Both the position numbers and the translations under genes were made by a program. 64,000 nt of DNA from Neoechinorhynchus agilis. Lineage: Eukaryota; Animalia; Acanthocephala. Of this stretch, positions 11,294 through 22,505 are shown in pieces; position 1 is the first letter of the stretch; each line of letters opens with the position of its first letter. The stretch lies in NCBI GenBank assembly GCA_051530055.1, contig CM121342.1, positions 12,291,480 through 12,355,479 on the forward strand. The letters are read 5' to 3'. A model generated the notes under the pieces. It searched no databases. It saw only the letters and a list, made by a program, of their open reading frames with translations, and was not told the origin of the DNA.

Positions 11294-11640
11294 ATGCAAG
11301 AAATTAGGTTTAAATCGCATCATTACGACCGATATACTCTATTTCCCCTTAGAAATCGAAAAACTGAGCCAATTGGACAAGGTTTACGTCCGAAGCGAAC
11401 CGCTGGACGATTCTTTGCGTCTTCGTGTAATCATGATAGCTAATAAAGGAATGAAACAAAACAAAATAGCCGCCCAGACCAGCGTTTCATACGGCACAAT
11501 TTGCCAAATTTTAAAAAGGTAATGCTGCGTTGAAACAATGAAGAGACATAAAGCCTCTAAAATACAATTCAATAAAGGCCAAATTTTCGTATTTTAATCG
11601 TCATTTTATATAGATCAAAGGTCTTGTAAATCAGTAATCG
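11294..11640 (+). pseudogene. Mini-Pax gene copy 3 (PAI exon intact, homeobox decayed)
   Basis: ATG at 11294. Intron-1 donor changed from GT to TT. The 166-nt PAI exon (11353-11518) is intact. Intron 2 is largely deleted and the HD has a stop after QIFVF. Confidence 0.78.
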
Positions 11641-11829
11641 AAGTAATCGCCGATTCGTTTGAGCTTCACGATATTTTGTTCTTTAAAATGAAATAAAAAG
11701 GCTGATAAACTTTAGCGGTGCGGCGTAAATAAAAATTGGGAGATCAGCTTTTCGTGACTTATAAAATTAATAAAACGATCAGCTCGCTGTAGAGCGCTCT
11801 GTTCAATCACTTATGATTGTCGTAAGAAT

Positions 11830-12374
11830 AGAACTAGTTCGATTTTCTAAGAAGCATGGAGCTCTGCCCAACCAGTATCGTACAAAGTAGCGAGGATCAT
11901 GAACCTTAGTAAACAGAGCATTATGATATTGGTCTGATCAAAATCTCTTACTCCATGAGCTAAGCAAGGGTTATCCGAGTAGCAAGATAGCTCGCTGTAT
12001 TCGGGACGCAAGCCGGAAAACGTACCAACACAAAACTGCATACCTTTTTGCAAGGAAGTCAAGAAGCTTTCCGGCATTGTTAATCCGTTAGCCATCTCCA
12101 TCTCGGAAGGGTGCGTCTATGAGATAAGGCAGACTATCAATCTACGTCGCAGGATTGGTGATCATTGAAGCGATGTCAACAAAAAACTGACCAACGTTCT
12201 GCAGTGGTGAGTCACTCGACATCGAATCATGATATTGATTTTGACAAGGTCAATGTTTTGATGCCAGGTGAAGATCGATATGTATGCGTGATCGTTGAAT
12301 CGATGTACATAGACTATCGTGACGCATTCCAGTCAAATAAGGCGGATTACGTAGTCACTGTTTTCGCAACCTAG
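11830..12374 (+). mobile_element. Degenerate Penelope-like RT C-terminus / GIY-YIG endonuclease remnant
   Basis: Fragments SLVNRAL, KGYPSSKI, GCVYEIRQT...RRRIGDH and SAVVSHS...HDIDFDKVNVL...VIVESMYI resemble the PLE C-terminus. Confidence 0.65.
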
Positions 12375-12399
12375 AGTTTGAGCGGAGGGTGGCATAGGG

Positions 12400-14200
12400 C
12401 CATCCAATTCGTTGAGAATATCTGTGCCTCCTGATATTAGGAGCTCAATTCTCAATGATTCCAACGTTCAGTCGTTAAATGGCGTTGACGTTTCATCGAT
12501 TTCAAGACCTCCTAACCCTTCGGTTGAGACCATGGAGATCGATTTGGATGAAACAGAGGCACCTAACTCTCCCGACGATCGCCTTGGGTCTGCCAAGAAT
12601 ACGAGTGGACAACGGCCATCTAGTACTTTAAGATTTCCCATACCGCCCGACCAACGAGAACAAATGCTCTCCGATCGACGGTCTAAAACCGTATCTACAA
12701 GTGTCATTTCTGAGCCATACTCCGCCCTTCCTACTAAAAGGTGGCCTTATGTGGTCACCATTAATTCGAATCCTATAATTCCTAAACAAGCCATGTATGA
12801 CGCACCTTATAACTTCTTGGACTCCCCAGTTCAATAACGATGGTATAAAAAGAGTGGGCAAACTAACATATTTCGCCGTAACCATGCGGATTTAAGTAAG
12901 TAGTTATCGATGGATGACTAACCTGTTCGAATTCGCCAACTTCAACCTGCCAAGCCAACTCTACTCAATCTCTGCGACTTCATAAAAGGTCCAATTTCTT
13001 GCGCATGGACTTCAGCCGAACATGAGTCAGGATCCTTTGGATGCTCGATTTATTGCAGCTGTTGAAGGACCAAGACATCAGCGGTACGAACTCTGCAGAA
13101 GCATACCTCGGACCTTTAACTGTTTCTCAATTCATTTTTCTTAAAAGTCCTACTGTGAGCTAGACGATTACGTGTTCCCTCGATGCAATCTCTACCAGCA
13201 ATGAGGACATTGGTGCCAAAACTGTGCGCATCAGGTGCATGCAAAGTGTTACCACTGCTCCAACACCGACCACAGCTTAGACTGTTGCCCATATCCACTC
13301 TAGAAACGCTGCGGAAATTGTCAGGGGCCTCATGCTGCATTCTTCAAAGGTTGCCCGAGTTTAAAAAGTACTAGGCATAGTTAAAAAAATTGAGGACTCC
13401 GGGCATCTAATTCACATGTGGCTCCAGCGTCTTCGTCTCAGGCCTCAACTTCCTTCAGAAACTGGACCCTCGCAAAAGCAAATTCGATACCTGTTTCGTC
13501 AAAGAAGAATCAGCTGGTCTCAATTCAGCAACTGGAACGGCGATTGGAAGAGGCTTACAACAACATGCTCACAGTAATGCAAGCTCATCTTACAGACGCT
13601 TTAGTCACCATCGAAAGGAAAATCAGCACACTTCTGACAAGATTGTCGCATCTACCTGAAATACTATCGTCTGCTTTCGATAATGATAACCTCACGGACG
13701 GAATTGTAGATAAGGATTCGGAATTCGTGAGTCGAGTCTTCAAAGAACAAACTGCACGGATTAACAACGAAGTTGCGGATCTCATTCCCGCAGCGGGCTC
13801 GATTTGCAAAAAATCCAAAAAGCTCAGGTAATGGTTGCGAATTTGTGGCTGTTGCAGTGGAACTGTGGCGGGGCAACCATATATCCTACAAGCTACGTAT
13901 CCTCGGACACACGATCACAGTCAATTTATCAACTAGGGCAGACATTTCCCAAACGAAAAGCTTCTTTTAGTAGAGAAATCGAAAGCTACTCGTGCGCCTA
14001 TAAATTGTGGCTGAGGTTGTTGGAAAAACACGGGCTATCTCCAGCCTTGTTTTTTTATTCTATAGGTCGCCCTCCCGGACACAAGCCACTCTTTATCCAA
14101 GCGTTTTTCAGACATATTAATTCGTTGCCACAAGCCTGGGCTGGATTTCTGAAAGATTTTTACCTGCAACGGTGCGGTAGATGAACATCTAAAATACACA
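12400..14200 (+). mobile_element. Degenerate APE-type LINE: ORF1 with CCHC knuckles and start of endonuclease (I/Jockey-like)
   Basis: Broken frames read FPRCNL..GHWCQNC...KCYHCSNTDHS...RCGNCQGPH, then QLVSIQQLERRLEE, then LLQWNCGG. Co-linear with the copy at 55330-57700 (-). Confidence 0.7.
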
Positions 14201-15149
14201 CCTGATACAGATCTGATTGACATCCGCTGAAAAAATTCTTCTTGTTGCTATAAAAAGGCGGATTATACGTCAAAACTCACGATAAAGCCACCCTTACCTA
14301 CCTCTTCCTTTTAGACATTAAGAGGCCCGACGAAATATTTAAAATAATAAATCAATATCTATTCTTCTTATCACCAAAAAATTCATAAATTAAAAATTGT
14401 GCGGTTGTCATTTTTTGGGTATTTTTAAACAATAAAATTCAAATCAGATAGAACAATTCGATGAATAATTTTTTCCATTATCAATAAATAAATGGCGATC
14501 AATCGCCTTGCTCTTAAACAGCCGAGTTCAGTGGAACCATTTAATGAACAGTAACGTATCGTAAAAAAGGAAGGTTTAAGTTGCCGTCTGCCAGAATTGT
14601 TCGTAACTGCTTGTCTCAGATGGAAACAATAAACAAACATTGTTGTTTAAAAACCCAATGATGATGTCTAAAAATATTGAGAAATGTCGGCGAAAAAAAT
14701 GATAGGCACATGTAATTGGCTCAGGAACTCACAAAACCTTAAACATCGGGAATTTGAAGAAATACAAAAAAGCGAAATTTAAATATTCGCAGAGTAATAT
14801 TTGATCCCGAAGCCTTTCGATGCCATAGGATAAAAATTAAAAAGCGGAAGATTAACACTAATTCCGTCAACGCGAGGAAAATCCTTTCGCTGCTCCCGAT
14901 TTTTGTTTCCAAGTGTCCTCCAATCACAATGCTTCAATTGCGAAACCGGCAGTTGTATAAAGTTACCGGCTACTGCGCTTTTGATGCAGCCGATAAAACA
15001 GGCAAAAGCGGATGATTGACAGTGTTCGCTACGTCTTTTATACTTTTTATATGTTAGTTAGAAAATAAGAGAAACATGGCTACATTTTATTCTCCGAGTG
15101 ACACGTCGGTCAGCCTATTATCGAAATAGCGATCATCGCGCTGAACACC

Positions 15150-15925
15150 TTAGCAATCAACTAGGGAGTTCACCAAGGGCCTGTTTTCTCCCCCATTCTT
15201 TTCAACATTTTCTTGAGCGATCTTATTCCATCCTCTTCTTATTCTAAATACTTCTTGTACTTCAAACGAGATTTCTTACGTTCAAGCATTTTGCTCCTCT
15301 AAATGTCTTACCCTTAGCTTAACCAAGTGCTTTGAAATCGTCCATTCAATCTCTAATAGTACTTCCAAACAGCAGCTTCTTCCTTTTCCTATCAATCGTG
15401 TCTCCTCTGATCGTATACTTGATTTTCATTTTCAAGAAAATCTAAAGTGGGACAAGCACATATCAATTCTGTTGAACAAAGGGTTCATTAAGCTCTATCT
15501 TCTTAAAAGCCTCCAATTCCTTGGATTTTTATCCAAAGACCTTAAGTACTTTTATAACTTCGCCATCTTTCCAACGCTCACCTACGCATACTCGATCTAT
15601 AAAGGTACAGTTAGAATTCCAACGATTTTAGCCTCCATGACGACGATGATGTTTGCGCTCAACAAGGAAAACAAAGGACACCTTGCTCTATAATCAAATA
15701 AATCAAAATCAACTAACGGACCAAAAACAATACCGCAGAAACGAAACAACGTTCAAGATCTGTTTAGACATCAAAATTTAATTTGGACATCAAAATTTAA
15801 ATTATTATGAACCAGAGAAAATACCAAATCTCACAACCTAACAATCTATCCTGCGCATTAGTGTTGGGAGGACCCAAAGATACGTGGTTCCTTTGCTTTA
15901 ACTCACAAATAAGTGTTATTATTAA
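15150..15925 (+). mobile_element. L2/CR1-type LINE 3' fragment (RT C-terminus plus 3' tail with stem-loop)
   Basis: Reads GVHQGPVFSPILFNIFLSDL...QENLKWDKHI...LKSLQFLG...FPTLTYAY. The 3' tail is shared with 38100-38265. Confidence 0.75.
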
Positions 15926-16672
15926 ATGGAGCTTTATGTTAATTTTTAGTATTTTCAGAGAAGTGGCACTCTCACGAATGAGCAAAGAATGGTTCCATTG
16001 GTCACTAGTCTTGTCTTGTCCGAATGAGGATTTAGTTTTTGCTTACCGATGGGAGTTCAGCCGTATCTTAGAAATGACTTCGTACCACTGCGATAAGATT
16101 ATCTTGTGAGTTGGTTTAGGTGTTATACATGGTTTATTTATCTTGCATCCGTGGCGGCACGAAGAGTTACCAAAGATTTTAGTCCTATAAAAAATAAGTG
16201 AAATTCATGGCATTTTTTTCGAGATTCTGTAGGTCTTTAGAACATAAGTCTTATTATAAAGATAAATTTGTACTCTCTAAGTTCAATAGTTATAATGTGT
16301 TCAATCGCTGAAAAAACAAATAATGGACTTAATATATCTTTTGCGATAGCATAAATTGGTTTCGATTCGCTATTTGATTCTTAAAATCTTTCAATCAGAA
16401 TTTCGAATTCTAAAGAAGTTGAACAGCAAGAGAAACATATTCACTTACCAAACATCTAATTTTACAAAGAAGATATTTCCTGCGTGTAGACAAAAGAAAT
16501 GCACGATACATTGCGTTGAGCCTTCCTTTGATCGCAAACAATCTGACATTTAAAAACTTGAACCGGTTACCGTGGATTCTCGCGCAAGGTATTTAGATGT
16601 AGGCAAATTGCATAATATTTGAGAGCCGCAGAAAAACCGAATCGCTATCGAGTAGTTCGAAAGAGTGCGGAA

Positions 16673-19185
16673 ATGTTTTTCTTCATTACGATCGTCATCT
16701 ATTTTTTACTGGTGGAAAATTCAATCGAACACTCAATCATTAAGTTCTGCTCCTCCTCAGAAATTCAGTTTCGCAATTGTCAATCATGGGCACACCACGA
16801 AGTGGAAATCGATTGTATCAAAAAGAATACTGAGATCGAATGCTTGTCGATTATCGCGAGTGACATAGAACCGACTGTTACGATTACTGAATATCTTACA
16901 GTACATAATGCAAAGTTTTTAATTCCAAATGTGGAATCCTTAAAGATTCTCGGAAAGTTATCCATTCGCAATGGTAAGTATGAATAAAAACCCAGAGTGG
17001 TTCGTTGTAACCTTAAAAGTCACGTCCTTGTGCTACAATAGATAAGTGGATAATCTGCTAATGATTTTATGAAGCGCACTCCGACATCGCAGTGTGTCTA
17101 AGAATTCATTTCATTTGTTACTTGCTCTCAAGTGAAGAAATCAAGATAATTTACATTTTAACATTCGTAGTCCACTATGTGATTCACTTTTTCCATAATA
17201 GAAGACTACTCAGTCGTAGTTTCCAAGATTCAAACTACATGGAGTCCGGATGGCATCACTGGTGTAAAGATATGCTCTACAGGTTCGTTGTGTTGTATTC
17301 CTATATACTTCATTTTCAATAAATGAAGGTTTTCAATCAGAATGGCTTTTGCCGATGAATGCAATGCTTAGTACATTAATGTCCATTCCCGTTGAATCCG
17401 AACAGTCTTATTGTGGTACATTTTCATCCATTCTGTCTTCGCTGATTGGAGAATCGTGTATTTTGAACGACGATCATGAAGACTCGACTTTTTGGAAAAC
17501 ACGAGAATTGTGCCTAAAAACACTCGACTGCGATATGGAATTGACTCGTAGCGCTCTTCTTGACGAATGTGACGATTCAGTGGTACTTTTATGTCCAGAT
17601 GGATCAACAGCCAGCGTAAAAAATGCCGAATCATGTAACTTCGGACGTCTTAGTCCACTTTTGGTAATATCGAACTCACTTGTAAATCTAAGCTTTCCTA
17701 CAAAATTCTTAAAAAATGAGAAGGGTATATGTGGAACGATAGAGGTTAATGTTACAATCGAACAGTACACTGAAAGCGATAAAGTGAACTTTGTTATTCC
17801 TTCAGTGGATTTAGTATGCAAAATTCCGGTACGAATATGTGTCACTTCAACGGTTGAGTTTAATTTTTGCCAACGATTGTTGAAACGCAGCACTAGGAAC
17901 ATTGACTTTGACAATTTAGAAGGATGTGTTCAAGCTAGAAATAACAGCCACTGTGTCGAAAAGATTGCGAATGGAGAGGCGGATACCGCGTTACTTAATT
18001 CATACGAGGCCGCGATTTCATCCGGAGAACTCGTGAGTGTAGCTCGTGAAATTTACGGAACAGAAAATGAAGACATTTATGTTGTTGCTGTTGTGAAAAG
18101 AATCGATACATCGATTATAAATTTATGGAGTTTAAGAGGCAAGATTGTCCGAAATGCTTCACGATAATAGTTGTTTATGTAGACAAAGGTGTTTGTTCCG
18201 GTGGGTATACGGATCTAATTGGATGGATTACTCCGTTAGTTTACCTTCAACAAAATGGACAACTTGAAGGAAATGACTTGGAACGACTCACTCAAAGTGC
18301 AGGTAATGACAGAAGTCATTTATATCCTTTATTCCATTATTTATAAGGCGAATTCTTTGGGAAATCATGTGTGCCCGGAGTAGATGCATTTGTTGCGTCA
18401 GGAAGAAGACGGTTAAGGAGTTTATGTGCCCGGTGCTACTCTAACGATAGGTATCGTCTTCATAGTAGCGAAAAAGGCTTCCAATGAAAACCAGTTATTT
18501 CGACTTTTTAATAATCACTTTAAGTTTCAATTTAGATACTGCTAATATCGAAATTTTCAAGAGACTGCACTCGAAATTAGATCTCTGAAGCGTGCTTAGT
18601 CTAAATATTTTAAATCTTTTCTTACGAATTATGCTCAATTTCTCGTTTTCAATTGTCCAATGCTACAAGAGCACAAAATTAGCTCGTACAATAACTTTGG
18701 AGGCGATATCTATCATAAAGGCAAGCATTTCTGTTCCGGCAATCACGATGAAATGTTTTTTGGGAACGCAGGGGCATTTCGTTGTCTAAATGAAGGAAAA
18801 GGAAATATTGCTTTTGTTTCTCACTGGACGGTGCCATTTAACACAGACGCAAGAAATGATGCTCAATGGGCGCGACATCTTCGATCTGATGATTTTGAAA
18901 TCTTGTGTCGAGATGGCCGTAGGCGACCCTGGCACGAATGGCATCTATGTTTCCTGTCAAAAGTAAAAGGGAAAGTATTGATGATGTCTTCTGCTCGGTC
19001 CCAAAATGAGATACAATACACAGTTGAGGTGGTAAACAATTTACTTAGGTCAGTGCAAAACCCATAATTTGATATTTGTCAACGGAATTGAAGGTAGGCT
19101 TAAAAGGAAACATGCAGAGTCGGTGAATGATGAAGCAGATCTAATTTTTAGTGATGGAACTCGAGCGATATCTTTTATTTTTTAG
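16673..19185 (+). CDS. Transferrin/melanotransferrin-like secreted protein (multi-exon, divergent N-lobe)
   Basis: Hydrophobic N-terminus, then IKFCSSS...CQ...CIKK...ECLSII. C-lobe motifs: CVEKIANGEADT, YVVAVVK, GWITP, FFGKSCVPG, GAFRCLNEGKGNIAFVSH, FEILCRDG, DLIFSD. N-lobe exon boundaries and the exact 3' end are uncertain. Confidence 0.85.
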
Positions 19186-20479
19186 CTGAGTTGTAGTTTT
19201 CAATAAACCAATTCACAGTCTTTTGAACAGCAACATCAAATGGTGTAAATTTGAATGATTCTTCTTTCAAAATATCCATTAGCCGCGCATTGGAGGCGGT
19301 CTTCTTAAACTGCCCATCGGCTCTGGCTTTATCAAAAACAATGAGCCCTTTAAAGTCAAAAGCACGAGCAACCACGGTAGCAGCCTCGGATATGCTAATC
19401 TCGTCGTTTGCGCACAAAATCAGTGGCATCGAAGAATCGCTATAATCTATAAGAATCCGAATTATAAGATGAGCTAAGTCCTCAGAATAGATAAACTGCC
19501 TCAGTGGCTTTCCGGATCCCCAGACAACAAAGTTCGCATTTTCCCGTTTAGCCAGAAAGCATTTGTGAATTGTAGAGAATTTCTTATTTAAAGTAAATAT
19601 ATCTAATGTCTCTTATTCCTATTTTTCATCAATCATTTCGTACTCTATGTTAATTTTTACAAATTCATTCTTCGATCATTTTCATGAGCGAATTTTGCTC
19701 GTTTTCTTTGACACGTTTCGCTGCGGAAACCTCAGATTTGTAATAACTTCTGTTAGACTGGGGAAAAATTTTCTACAATTCAGATGTGTTTAATTTCTAC
19801 GGATAACTGCAAGACCAAATGAATTTTAATCGTACCGCTGAACTAGTAACGAAGAAATTCTCTCGAGTCCGGGTAAGACGTGTCCGTTCTCCAGATTAAA
19901 ATTATCATGAGGACCAAACACATTTGTCGGAACAACGGATACGTATCGAAGTCCATATTGTTCAAACGCAGCCTTGTTATAGATATCAACAAGTCTTTTC
20001 GCGTGACTGTAGCCATAATTCGAATGGTGAGGTGGCCCTTTATGAAGAATGTCTTCAGACAGAACTACTCCGGGATTATCGGGGAATATACATGTTGATA
20101 GGCAAGTAACCAGACGCGGCATACGAAGATTCACGCATTCCCCTATAACATTTGCATTCATTAGCACATTTCGTTGTAGAAAGTCGTAGTTCTCTCTTAT
20201 GTTCCGAAAAAGTCCACCGACGTGAGCAGCAAGGTGGATCACACTGCGAACGTTGAACGGAGGTGCATAATAACACTTCATGAGTTCATGAGTATCATGT
20301 TGATTTGTAAGGTCACAATCTTTGGAGGATAAGAAATACCAAGTTTGAGAGGCTGCGAATCGAGTGTCAGATACAACGGATTGAATTGCTTTACCAATCA
20401 AGCCTGTGCCGCCTGTAACGAGAACGTTGTTGGGATCGGTAGATATATGTGAGTCGTCTTTGGCAATAGTGATTACCAT
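19175..20479 (-). CDS. GFUS: GDP-L-fucose synthase (GDP-4-keto-6-deoxymannose epimerase-reductase), two open halves separated by a 294-nt insert
   Basis: LVTGGTGLIG, HLAAHVGG, CLSTCIFP, YGYSHAKR, PTNVFGPHDNF, HVLPGL | IHKCFLAK...VWGSGKPLRQFIYSEDLA, DGQFKKTASN. Halves are 20479-19865 and 19570-19175. Confidence 0.93.
19574..19863. mobile_element. MITE-like insert with perfect 12-bp terminal inverted repeats inside the GFUS CDS
   Basis: AGAGAATTTCTT (19574-19585) and AAGAAATTCTCT (19852-19863) sit within 1-3 nt of the coding junction. No target-site duplication is visible. Confidence 0.55.
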
Positions 20480-22152
20480 TATCTAAAATCTAATGAAATT
20501 TTTTATACAATAATGGAAACGCAATGAGCAACACGAGTGCAACACAGATACATAGAGAATTCGAATTAAAAAGCGTTCATCGTTTTCTAAAATCAAATCA
20601 GATAAACACAAAGCACAAAAAGTTTTACCATACAAACTCCAATTCGTTTGAAAGCACAAGCGCAAAAATCATTTCTGATTTAGATTTTGAGACCCATTAT
20701 TAAGATTAGCTACTGAACTGAGTCCCAAAAGAATAGGACCTGAAGTCAATTCGACTAAATTGGATATTCGCATGATCGGTGCAACAATAAAAGCTTATTG
20801 TTAAAAATTTGTAAAATGCTTCATGAAGAACAACCGATCTCAGACTTGTTAGAATAAGTAACAAGTAAGATAAGTCGTGAATTGTTAATTCGGCGAAATA
20901 TTGATTTGTCCTTGAATGACTCTCCCAGTAGTGAACTGGACCTTCTGATTGAGTCAGATAAAGAAAAGAACTTCACTCGCTATGGTGATATTAACCCTCG
21001 AGATCTATACCGACCAATATTCGCTTCTAGAGTTAAAGTGGCGTAGAAAATCATTACTTCCTGTTAAACGCCTTATACTAAACAAGTTTTCGGGTTACCA
21101 CTTGTAAATACCACCTTGAGCAATGTCACCGAACTGCAACTTTCTAAACTCACAGTGAGCTGAAACATTTCTCACCAATCGAACTCCTCCTCCAATTGTG
21201 TTGTCTTATCATACGAGCGAAGTCGTAAGAAGTTTGGAGCTGCAAAGATGAAAACCCCGATTAGAATGCACCAGAAAATGCTAACGTCTTGACAGAGCAT
21301 TCAAAATGTGGGTATGACTTCTTCAAAGTATGCGTTAGTATAAATATTTATCGCCAATTTTCAATAGCATCTACCTAAATACGCCACTCAAAATGCCTCT
21401 GAATTCGATCATTTTTCCTTCATAAGAAAATACAAAATAAAAGGCGTCAATTCCCCTCAGCGGAAAAAGGCAATGTAATCATTTATTATTCATTAGTGTT
21501 TGGCATTTGGCGTGACTTATTGAGCTTTCTACAGTATTTTTCTACGAATTCATGTAAGTGCTTTTTTTTATGGAAAATGACCTTATAGGTAACAACTTGC
21601 TTAAAACATATCTGTGTTTTTGTCTTACATTCACATGAAGGCACTAGGGAAAAAGTTGCGTTTTAAAATTTTTTAATCTTATTTAAAAATTCGTTAACGA
21701 ATAAGGGTTAAAAAGAGTCCCGAGGTAGTGGGAGTAAATTGCATTTTGACAGTAAATTGACAGATTGACTCTAGGTGATGTAAACGATAAACATCCGGCG
21801 ATTCTTCGACGGAAGCCACAAAAAGCCAGAACCATTTTCAGATTAAAATAAATCATTGACCTGTTTGTATGATAATTTAAAATTTCTGACACATTTGTAA
21901 AATCTGGTAGTGTACAATGGTGACTAAGACCTCTTGTTTATAAGTTTAAGTATAATTTCTTGGATCATAAACTTCAAAGATAATCCAATGCATGAATTTG
22001 TATCTAGAGCCAATTTTAATTCATTTGGCGGTACAGAAAATTTAATGCCGAGACTAACTCACTTCGCTAGAAAGTTGGTTTCTCATTCAAGACCGTGGCC
22101 CACTTTAGTTGAAAACTTTATACCAAAACTGCGATTGGAGTAACGCAATCCA

Positions 22153-22505
22153 ATGTCGTCTATTAGAATAGCGATTCTAATATGCACTTACATCTTTTTA
22201 ATTTTTACAAAAGGTCAGTACATAAAACTCTGCAGCTAGCGATCACCATCAATTATATAGTTATTAAGAATAACGAAACCGAAAAAATAAACACTACAGG
22301 AACCGCTTTCCCAGCAACACAACCCACAATGAGTAAAGTACAAACAATAAGGGAAGCAATGACTCCGGAGTCAACAACACAAATCGTCAATGTTTTCATG
22401 GGAAAACTTTTTGGGTATGTAAGCTTAAATGCAGTGACCGATATGGCTGTTTTCATCGTTGTGGTTATTGTGATTTTATTGGGAATGGTAGCCATTCCAT
22501 GTTAG
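22153..22505 (+). CDS. Small (~101 aa) signal-peptide plus C-terminal hydrophobic segment protein, unknown family
   Basis: Exon 1 (22153-22213) reads MSSIRIAILICTYIFLIFTK, then a 47-nt GT-AG intron (22214-22260). Exon 2 is Thr-rich with NET/NTT sequons and ends AVFIVVVIVILLGMVAIPC*. Confidence 0.65.

Larger units (their letters stand above)
2640..11800 (+). repeat. Tandem segmental duplication, ~2075-bp unit (3 near-identical units plus one diverged unit split by a CRE insertion)
   Basis: The anchor ATGAAGGAAACTCAATGCTC recurs at 7088, 9163 and 11241 (periods 2075 and 2078). A diverged homologue lies at ~2640-3635 and resumes at ~5391. Similarity fades near 11800. Confidence 0.95.

Noticed and set aside
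5393-11800. Tandem array as a spliced-leader, 5S or snRNA array targeted by CRE
   Set aside because: I found no recognisable SL, 5S or snRNA sequence. The unit is explained by decayed protein-coding exons.
19571-19864. GFUS insert as an intein or in-frame domain (length is a multiple of 3)
   Set aside because: It has in-frame stops (first at 19826) and no Cys/His-Asn splice residues.
20700-21500. Protein-like fragments between GFUS and the small membrane gene (similar stretches at 29340-29750 and 60100-60450)
   Set aside because: Multiple stops in all frames and no motif I could assign, so left unannotated.
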